A DNA stretch of 64,000 nucleotides from an uncultured Gemmatimonadaceae bacterium (GTDB lineage: Bacteria > Gemmatimonadota > Gemmatimonadetes > Gemmatimonadales > GWC2-71-9), in assembly GCA_964598655.1 (NCBI GenBank), contig CAZRCT010000003.1, positions 49,006 to 113,005 on the forward strand. Reading direction: 5' to 3'. This document shows, one piece after another, positions 7,428-14,119 of the stretch; the stretch's first letter is position 1, and each line of letters begins with the position of its first letter. Both the position numbers and the translations under genes were made by a program. Under the pieces are notes generated by a model. The model was not told where the DNA came from. It did no database searches and worked only from the letters and a program-made list of their open reading frames with translations.

Positions 7428-7706
7428 TCAGCCTCGCGGCAGCTGCTCGGGCGTCCTGCCCTGCGCCAGCAGCCGCTCGGTGAAGTCGAGCCGTTCCTGC
7501 GTTTCCGCCAGCTCGTGCCGCACCCCGTCCAGCTCCTGCCGCAGGTCGGCCACCTCGCCCCGGAGGAGATCCACGTCGCCCCCGCCGCCGCCCGGGCCGG
7601 ACCGGATCCGGTGGGCGATGGCCTTCCCGATTTCCGAGCGGGAGATGAACACCGCCCCGACCGTCAGGAAGAACGTCATCGGAATCAGGACTTCGGGTCC
7701 GGACAT
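7428..7706 (-). CDS. Array member 1 of 13 (transcription order): small TM + coiled-coil protein, ERLDFTERLL motif
   Basis: The ORF track starts at a TTG (7721). The ATG at 7706 has GAGGCCGAGG upstream and aligns with member 2 (MSGPEVLIPMTFFLTVG vs MGPEVVVPVFGMLTG). C-terminus: AETQERLDFTERLLAQGRTPEQLPRG. Confidence 0.8.
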   Translation of the reverse strand: MSGPEVLIPMTFFLTVGAVFISRSEIGKAIAHRIRSGPGGGGGDVDLLRGEVADLRQELDGVRHELAETQERLDFTERLLAQGRTPEQLPRG

Positions 7707-7827
7707 CCTCGGCCTCGGCAACTTGTGGGAATCGGATCACCCGTGTGGCACCCTGCGGTCCACCAGGGTCAGGGCAGTACGGAGAGATGTTTCAGCCTGT
7801 TTCATAGGCTGACAGGCCAGTTTCCGG

Positions 7828-8715
7828 TCAGTTCTTGGACTTCCCCTTGATCTGGACCAGCCGCTCCCGGGCCAGCTTCCGGCCGGTGGGGGTGGCGGCC
7901 AGGCCGCCCCCGGCGGTCTCCCGGTAGCGGACATCCATGCTCCGGCCGATCTCCCCCATGGTGTCGATGACCTCGTCCACGGGGATGGGGAAGCGGACGC
8001 CGGCCAGTGCCATCTCGATGCCGGCGAGGGCCATCGCGGCCCCGGTGGCGTTCCGGTAGACGCACGGCACCTCGACCAGCCCGCCGAGCGGGTCACAGAC
8101 GAGCCCCAGGGTGCCCTGCATGGTGAGCGCGACGGCGTGGACCGCCTCCTCGGGTGTGCCCCCCAGCAGCTCGACCCCCGCGCCCGCCGCCATGCCAGCC
8201 GCCGCCCCGGTTTCCGCCTGACAGCCGCCTTCGGCCCCGGACAGCGAGGCCCGCACGGCCACCACGGCCCCGATGAGGCCGGCCGTCGCGAGCGCCCGCA
8301 CGAGGGCCTCGTCCGTGACCTGCCGATGACCGGCCAGCCCAAGCAGCACGCCCGGGAGCACACCGGCCCCACCCGCCGTGGGGGCGGCGACGATCACGCC
8401 CATGGCGGCGTTCACCTCCTGCACTGCCAGCGCCCGGGCGATGGCGTCGGTGAACACGGTGCCGGCGAGAGGGCCGCGGGCGTGGGTCATCCGGTTGGCG
8501 TCGCCGCCGACGAGGCCGCTGACGCTCTTGAAGTCACCGGGGAGGCCCTGGTCCACGGCGCCACGCATCACCTTGAGCGCCCGCGTGAGCGCCGCCTCCA
8601 CTTCCGCGCGGCTCCGGAGCCCGGCGTCCACCTCGGCGCGCAGGGCCACCTCGCCGAGCGAGATGCCGTCGCGCTCGGCCTCGGCGAGGGCGTCGGCCAG
8701 GGCGGTGATCCTCAT
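7828..8715 (-). CDS. sdaAA: L-serine ammonia-lyase (iron-sulfur dependent), alpha subunit
   Basis: 295 aa, Gly/Ala-rich SDH_alpha-type sequence. It follows the beta subunit directly with a 4-nt overlap. Confidence 0.9.
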   Translation of the reverse strand: MRITALADALAEAERDGISLGEVALRAEVDAGLRSRAEVEAALTRALKVMRGAVDQGLPGDFKSVSGLVGGDANRMTHARGPLAGTVFTDAIARALAVQEVNAAMGVIVAAPTAGGAGVLPGVLLGLAGHRQVTDEALVRALATAGLIGAVVAVRASLSGAEGGCQAETGAAAGMAAGAGVELLGGTPEEAVHAVALTMQGTLGLVCDPLGGLVEVPCVYRNATGAAMALAGIEMALAGVRFPIPVDEVIDTMGEIGRSMDVRYRETAGGGLAATPTGRKLARERLVQIKGKSKN

Positions 8716-9377
8716 GCGATCCTCGGGATGGAGCGGAGGAAGCGGACCGCCGAGAGGGCGCGGATGGCCTGCATGGCCTCCTCGCTGGCGGGGCGGTCCA
8801 GTTCGTAAATGTGGATGGCGTCGCCGCCCTTCTTGGCGCGGCTCACCTTGAGCGTGGCGATGTTGTCGCCCTGGCGGGCGAGGGCTCCGGTCACGGAGGC
8901 CACGATGCCCGGGGTGTCCTTGGCCACGAAGACCAGGGCCGGGAAGGCGCCGGTCACTTCCACCCCGTAGCCATCGATCTCGGTGATCTGGATGCGGCCC
9001 GCGCCGAGGGAGGCGCCCACCACCACGGCCTTCCGGCCGTCGCGCACCAGGGTGAGGCGCGCGGTGTTGGGGTGGTGCTCACCGCGGAGCTTGGTGTTCT
9101 CGAAGGTGAGCTGGACGCCGGCCTGCTCGGCCAGCTCGAGGCTCTGGCGGAGGCGCTCGTCGTCGGGATGGAAGCCGAGGAGGCCGCCGGCGATGGCGCG
9201 GTCGGTGCCGTGCCCGGTGCCGGTGCGGGCAAACGACCCGTGGAGCTCCACCAGCGCCGTCTCCGGCTGCCCGCCGGCCAGCTCGCGGGCAAAGAGCCCG
9301 ATCCGGCAGGCCCCCGCCGTGTGCGACGACGAGGGACCGACCATGACCGGGCCAATGATGTCGAGGAGGGAAACCAT
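8712..9377 (-). CDS. sdaAB: L-serine ammonia-lyase, beta subunit (with ACT-like C-terminus)
   Basis: 221 aa. The N-terminus MVSLLDIIGPVMVGPSSSHTAGACRIG is the conserved SDH_beta start. Confidence 0.9.
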   Translation of the reverse strand: MVSLLDIIGPVMVGPSSSHTAGACRIGLFARELAGGQPETALVELHGSFARTGTGHGTDRAIAGGLLGFHPDDERLRQSLELAEQAGVQLTFENTKLRGEHHPNTARLTLVRDGRKAVVVGASLGAGRIQITEIDGYGVEVTGAFPALVFVAKDTPGIVASVTGALARQGDNIATLKVSRAKKGGDAIHIYELDRPASEEAMQAIRALSAVRFLRSIPRIA

Positions 9378-9432
9378 GGGCCAAACCTATAGGGGAGCGT
9401 GGGAAAGGGAAACGCGCCCCCGCGCCCCCGCC

Positions 9433-9648
9433 TCAGATCAGCTCCACCTCGCGGATCTCCCCCAGGCTCATGGCGATCTCGGTCGCGTCGTCGTCGAGGG
9501 GGTGGAGGTAGACCTCGTGTGCGGTGATGTGGGTGTCCACGCTGGTGGGGATCCCGGTGATCTCGTGCCGGTCGGCGGTCACGATCCGCACCGCCCGCTC
9601 GTTGCTGTTGGCGTAGCCCAGGACGGCGACGATCTGCTCGTAGGTCAT
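9433..9648 (-). CDS. Hypothetical small protein
   Basis: The track ORF is 9433-9693. The probable start is the ATG at 9648 (MTYEQIVAVLGYANSNERAVRIVTADRHEITGIPTSV...). No family recognised. Codon usage fits the genome. Confidence 0.5.
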   Translation of the reverse strand: MTYEQIVAVLGYANSNERAVRIVTADRHEITGIPTSVDTHITAHEVYLHPLDDDATEIAMSLGEIREVELI

Positions 9649-9709
9649 GGCGTCCTCCGGGTTGGGGTGACCCTCCGAATGTAGGAGCCCCACCCGCCCG
9701 GGGCGAGGC

Positions 9710-11563
9710 TCACCCGATCATGGCGATGAACCCGTCCCCGGCGTCGGGGCGCGGGGGTGGCGGCGGCTCGGGCGGGGGTGCAGCCCCGAAGACCTGGGCC
9801 GACCGGATGTTGGCCTCGATCGCGGTGAGCATGCCCTCGATCTCCTCCAGCGCCTTGCGGAGGGCGAAGGGGTACGCGAGCCGGTAGCCCATCAGGCTGA
9901 GGCCCCCCAGCACGGCCGCGCCGCCCAGCGCCGGGAGGGCCGCGAGGGCCCCAAGGCCGAGGGCGGCAAACCCCACGGCCCCACCGACGGCGGCGCCCCC
10001 GGCAGCCACGCTGCCGGCGATCCAGTAATCGACGACGAGGTTCTTGCGCAGGCCGGGGCGGAGGTCGCCGTAAACGGTCACCTCGGTGCCACCGCCGCCG
10101 GCCGCGACGGGGTGCAGGGTGACGTTGAGCTGGAAAGCCTCCAGCTGGTACATGCGGTAGGTGAAGGGCGTGTACGACTCGAGGGTGCCCGCCCCGGAGA
10201 GGCCGCCCTTCATGAAGTTGGGCACCTCGAACACCAGCACCCCGCCGCTGAACGGATGCCCCCCCACCGTGTCGCGCAGCCGGAGGAGGTAGGGGCGCGC
10301 CGTGACCACGCGTCCCATGGCCTCGAGGGTGACCTTGGGGCTGGCCTTGATGCGGCGCGAAACGGAGAAGCTCCGCTGCTCGGTGCCAAGGAGCCGGGTG
10401 ATGCGCCGATCCTCGCGCGTGCCGCCGGCGGGCACCGGCCGGCCCGGGGCCCGGTCGCCCGGCTGCTCGGCGAGCGCCAGCGCCACAAACTCCGGCGCGA
10501 TGCCCACCTCGGCCGCCGCCAGCTCCACGTCCTTCAGCCGGTAACCGCCCGTCGGCAGCGAGGGCGAGATGCCGGTGAGCCCGCCTTCCTGCGAGCGGAG
10601 CTGGAGCCGGGTGGCCGCCTCCGCCTGCAATTGCGCCGCCCGGAGCCAGATGGCCTGCGCCTGGTCCTCGGCGATGACGCGGTCGGCGGACGTGACGGCG
10701 GCCAGCTGGGTGGCCGACCGCTCCAGCGCGAGCGCCAGCGCCTCGGCGAGCGCTTCGCCGGTCATGAAGCGCGCCTCCGGCTCGCGGGCCAGGCAGCGGT
10801 CGATCACCTCGACCAGCGGGCGGGGCACGGTGGTGGTCAGGCTGGCGAGGGACGGGGCCTGCCGGCTCGCCACGGCCACGAGCACCGCGGCGGCGTTGTC
10901 GCCCTCGAAGGGGAGGCGGCCGGAGAGCGCATAGAAGCCGGCGACGCCGAGCGAGTAGAGGTCGCTCCGGCCGTCGAGGGGCTGGCCGTTGGCCTGCTCG
11001 GGGCTCATGTAGTGGACCGTGCCGACGACCTCCCCCTGCTGCGTGAGAGACGAGGCCGACTGGTCCCGCGCGATGCCGAAGTCCGTGACCACCGCCCGCC
11101 CGGTGGCGCGCTCCACCATGATGTTGGCGGCCTTGATGTCGCGGTGCACCACGCCGCGCGCGTGCGCGTACGCCAGCGCCCACGCCGCCTCCCGGAGGAT
11201 CCGCACCACCTCCTGGGGCGGCAGCGGCCCGCGGTCGCGCACCCGCTCGGCCAGGTTCTGGCCGTCGATGTAGGCCATGGTGAAGTACGCGAACCCGCCC
11301 ACCTCCTCGGCCCGGTAGATCGGGACGATGTTGGGATGGGAGAGCTGGGCGGCAGTGCGGGCCTCGCGGAGGAAGCGCTCCCGCACGCCCGGCAGCGCGC
11401 CGAGGTGGGGCGGCAGCACCTTGATGGCCACGGGGCGCTCGAGGCGCGCCTCGCGGGCCAGGTACACCACGCCCATGCCGCCCCGGCCAAGCTCGCGCTC
11501 GAGGGTGTACTGGCCCGCGAGCAGCGGGGCGAGCTGTTCAAGGATCGCGTCGGGCGAGGTCAT
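9710..11563 (-). CDS. Ser/Thr protein kinase with large C-terminal extension and C-terminal membrane helices
   Basis: 617 aa with Hanks kinase motifs (GRGGMGVVYLA, AIK, HRDIKAANIMV, DFGIAR, SPEQ). Gly/Ala-rich hydrophobic segments lie near the C-terminus. Confidence 0.9.
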   Translation of the reverse strand: MTSPDAILEQLAPLLAGQYTLERELGRGGMGVVYLAREARLERPVAIKVLPPHLGALPGVRERFLREARTAAQLSHPNIVPIYRAEEVGGFAYFTMAYIDGQNLAERVRDRGPLPPQEVVRILREAAWALAYAHARGVVHRDIKAANIMVERATGRAVVTDFGIARDQSASSLTQQGEVVGTVHYMSPEQANGQPLDGRSDLYSLGVAGFYALSGRLPFEGDNAAAVLVAVASRQAPSLASLTTTVPRPLVEVIDRCLAREPEARFMTGEALAEALALALERSATQLAAVTSADRVIAEDQAQAIWLRAAQLQAEAATRLQLRSQEGGLTGISPSLPTGGYRLKDVELAAAEVGIAPEFVALALAEQPGDRAPGRPVPAGGTREDRRITRLLGTEQRSFSVSRRIKASPKVTLEAMGRVVTARPYLLRLRDTVGGHPFSGGVLVFEVPNFMKGGLSGAGTLESYTPFTYRMYQLEAFQLNVTLHPVAAGGGGTEVTVYGDLRPGLRKNLVVDYWIAGSVAAGGAAVGGAVGFAALGLGALAALPALGGAAVLGGLSLMGYRLAYPFALRKALEEIEGMLTAIEANIRSAQVFGAAPPPEPPPPPRPDAGDGFIAMIG

Positions 11564-11600
11564 GGGTCCAAGATCGGCGCGGGACGGTTACGATGGCAAG

Positions 11601-11624
11601 CGGGCCGTCCCGGAGGACGGCCCG
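11601..11624 (-). terminator. Hairpin downstream of the DPP-IV gene
   Basis: CGGGCCGTCC-cgga-GGACGGCCCG: a 10-bp perfect stem in the 119-nt gap between 11683 and 11563. Confidence 0.4.
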
Positions 11625-11682
11625 TGCGTGAGGCAGGTTTCGCCGGCGGTCCGGGGACCGGGCGGCCGCGCCGGCGCGACGC

Positions 11683-13986
11683 TCAGTTGGTGAGGGGCCG
11701 CGGCGCCGTGGCGGCCGGGGGGGTGCGCGGCGGCCCCAGGGTCTCGTCGATGAAGTTGGTGAGCAGGGTCCGCAGGTGCATCGTGGTGTTGCCTCCGAAG
11801 ATGCCGTGGTTGCGGTTCGGGTAGCTCATGAAGTCGAACTGCTTGTCGGCCTTGACCAGCGCGTTCACGAGCGCCTCGGTGTTCTGGTAGTGCACGTTGT
11901 CGTCGCCGGTGCCGTGCACCAGGAGGAGGCGGCCGCGGAGGCCGCCGACGTGGCTGAGCGGGGAGCCCGCGTCGTAGCCGGCGGGGTTGTCCCGCGGGAG
12001 GCCGTTGAAGCGCTCGGTGTAGATGTTGTCGTAGTACTTCCAGTGGGTCACGGGGGCCACGGCGATGGCCATCCGGTAGACGTCGCTCCCCTGGAACAGC
12101 GAGTTGAGGCTCATGAAGCCGCCGTAGCTCCACCCGAAGATGCCGATGCGGGTGGGGTCCACGTAGCTCCAGCGCCCCATCGCGCGGGCGGCGGCCACCT
12201 GGTCCTGCGTCTCCACCACGCCGAGCTGGCGATAGACGACCTTCCGCCAGGCGCGCCCGCGCATCCCGGTGCCGCGGTTGTCGATGCTCGCCACCAGGTA
12301 GCCCTTCTGGGTGAGCAGGGTGTACCAGAGATAGTTGGCGCCGCCCCAGGCATCGAGCACCGTCTGGGACCCGGGGCCGCCGTAGATGGAGATGAAGAGC
12401 GGGTACTTCTTCGTGGGGTCGAAGCCCGCCGGCTTCATGACCCAGCCGTTGAGCGGCACGCCGTCGGCGTCCACCTGGAAGAACTCCACCGCCCCGCGCT
12501 CCAGCGCGTTGACCCGCGCGCTGAGCTGGGCGTTGGCGGCGAGGACCCGGCGGACCCGGTGGTCCGGCAGCGCGACGAGGTCCGTCACCGGCGGCACGCC
12601 GAAGCGGGAGTAGGTGTGGATGGCCGTGCGGGCGTCCGGCGCGAGGTTGTAGCCGTGCGTCCCCGCCTGTCCCGCCGGCGAGAGCCGCTCGGCCGCGCCC
12701 TGCCCGTCGAGCCGGGCGCGGTAGAGGTAGCGTTGCGCCGCGTTGTCCGGCGAGGCGATGTAGTAGACGTATCCCCCCGGCTCATCCACCCCCGCCACGC
12801 TGGCCACGTCGAAGTCGCCCTTGGTGAGCGGGGTGACCGCCTGGCCATCGCGGGAGACGGTGTAGAGGTGGTTCCAGCCGTCCCGCTCGCTCTCCCAGAG
12901 GAGGCGGCGGCCGCCGTCGAGCCAGCGCCAGTCGGCCACGTCCACCCAGGCGCTGTCGCGCTCCACCAGGACGGGGCGCACGGCCCCGGTGCGGCGGTCG
13001 CCCAGGAAGACGGTGTTGGTGTTCTGCAGGCGGTTCAGCTGCTGGACCGCCACCTCGTCGCTCGAGCCCGCCCACTCCATGCGGGCCAGGTAGTGGTTGC
13101 GCGGGTCCCCGGGGATGGCGAGCCAGCGGGTGGGGCCGCCCCGCACACTCACGATGCCGATCCGCGCGGCCGAGTTGGATTCGCCCGCCTTGGGGTACTG
13201 CACCGCCACCGCCCGGGAGTAGAGCGAGTCGGTGTTGTTGATCATGGCGTAATCGCGGACGCTGTCGGCATTGAGCTGCCAGTACGCGATGGCGGTGCCG
13301 TCGGGGCTCCAGCGCCAGCCGTCGGCGTAGCCCATCAGCTCCTCTTCGTACACCCAGTCGAAGGTCCCGTTGATCATGGTGCGGGAGCCGTCGCGGGTGA
13401 GCTGGGTGATGCGGCCGCTGGCCAGGTCCTCGACGTAGAGGTTGTTCTCGCGCACGTACCCGACGCTCCGCCCGTCGGGGGCGTACTTGGCGAACATGAG
13501 CGTCGAGGGCCTCGCCTGCCGCCCGCCCAGCTGCTTCAGGCGCCAGGTCCGGAGGTCGAGCGACCAGTAGTCGCCCCGGGTGTTGAGGCGCCAGACGGGC
13601 TGGGTGTTGGTGAACAGGAGCAGCTGCCGCTCGTCGGCCGACCAGCTGTAGGCATCGATGGCGAGCGGCAGCGTGTCCTGCGGCGGGATGAGGCGCGTGG
13701 CGGGGACCAGCACCGTCCGCTCGCCGGTCTCCACGTCGTAGCGCACCAGGTCCTGCCCGCCCTTCCCCTCGCGGGAGGCCTCCAGCGTGGTGTAGGCCTT
13801 GCCGCCGGCCTGCCAGCGCGCGGGGCCAAAGGTCTCGGGGCGGAACTCGGGGCTGGCGTAGATGCGACGGAGGTCGAGGAGCGCGGTGTCCGCCACCTGT
13901 GCGGGCACGGAAAGCGGGCGCCAGACCAGCAGGGCGAGGAGGATGGGCGTGGCCCGGCGGGCCACGGCGCGGAAGGCGGAGTGCAT
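11683..13986 (-). CDS. Dipeptidyl-peptidase IV family serine peptidase (S9B)
   Basis: 767 aa with a signal peptide, a DPP-IV N-terminal beta-propeller region, and a C-terminal hydrolase with the nucleophile motif GWSYGGFMS. Confidence 0.9.
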   Translation of the reverse strand: MHSAFRAVARRATPILLALLVWRPLSVPAQVADTALLDLRRIYASPEFRPETFGPARWQAGGKAYTTLEASREGKGGQDLVRYDVETGERTVLVPATRLIPPQDTLPLAIDAYSWSADERQLLLFTNTQPVWRLNTRGDYWSLDLRTWRLKQLGGRQARPSTLMFAKYAPDGRSVGYVRENNLYVEDLASGRITQLTRDGSRTMINGTFDWVYEEELMGYADGWRWSPDGTAIAYWQLNADSVRDYAMINNTDSLYSRAVAVQYPKAGESNSAARIGIVSVRGGPTRWLAIPGDPRNHYLARMEWAGSSDEVAVQQLNRLQNTNTVFLGDRRTGAVRPVLVERDSAWVDVADWRWLDGGRRLLWESERDGWNHLYTVSRDGQAVTPLTKGDFDVASVAGVDEPGGYVYYIASPDNAAQRYLYRARLDGQGAAERLSPAGQAGTHGYNLAPDARTAIHTYSRFGVPPVTDLVALPDHRVRRVLAANAQLSARVNALERGAVEFFQVDADGVPLNGWVMKPAGFDPTKKYPLFISIYGGPGSQTVLDAWGGANYLWYTLLTQKGYLVASIDNRGTGMRGRAWRKVVYRQLGVVETQDQVAAARAMGRWSYVDPTRIGIFGWSYGGFMSLNSLFQGSDVYRMAIAVAPVTHWKYYDNIYTERFNGLPRDNPAGYDAGSPLSHVGGLRGRLLLVHGTGDDNVHYQNTEALVNALVKADKQFDFMSYPNRNHGIFGGNTTMHLRTLLTNFIDETLGPPRTPPAATAPRPLTN

Positions 13987-14119
13987 GCGGATCGTGGGAC
14001 AGGGTGAATCATCGAGGGGCTGGGTGGGTGCCCCGACGGCACCGCCCGCAACGAGTTTCAGCGCGGCCGGTACGGAAACCTAGCCCGGGCAGCCTGGCGT
14101 GGAGAGGGGTGCCGGCCAG

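Larger units (their letters stand above)
3699..7706 (-). repeat. Tandem array of 13 paralogous small genes (period about 250-370 bp)
   Basis: An antisense core close to CGCTCGGTGAAGTCCAGCCGCTCCTCGAGCTC recurs 13 times on the plus strand (for example near 4120, 4410, 4733, 5052, 5410, 5766, 6053, 6405, 6672, 6920, 7196 and 7474). It encodes E-R-L-D-F-T-E-R on the reverse strand. Confidence 0.9.

Noticed and set aside
3699-7706. Periodic repeat that might be read as a CRISPR array or a non-coding satellite
   Set aside because: The period is 250-370 bp and variable. The repeated core is only about 30 bp and is imperfect. Each unit is a complete ORF with a start, RBS or coupled junction, a TM helix and a stop. 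There are no short identical repeats with unique spacers and no cas genes.
7746-7762. Perfect TGGCAC on the plus strand as a sigma-54 -24 box
   Set aside because: The -12 position on that strand reads GGTCC, with no GC at the correct spacing, and there is no plus-strand gene downstream. Only the reverse-strand reading is kept, as a weak candidate.
3730-7850. Long plus-strand ORFs across the array region (e.g. 3813-4856, 4853-5641, 4993-5703, 5394-6062, 6094-6741, 7183-7812)
   Set aside because: Their translations are Arg/Ser/Pro/Ala-rich low-complexity strings with no motifs. They are the antisense frames of the clearly structured reverse-strand genes, which is typical of high-GC DNA that rarely contains stop codons.
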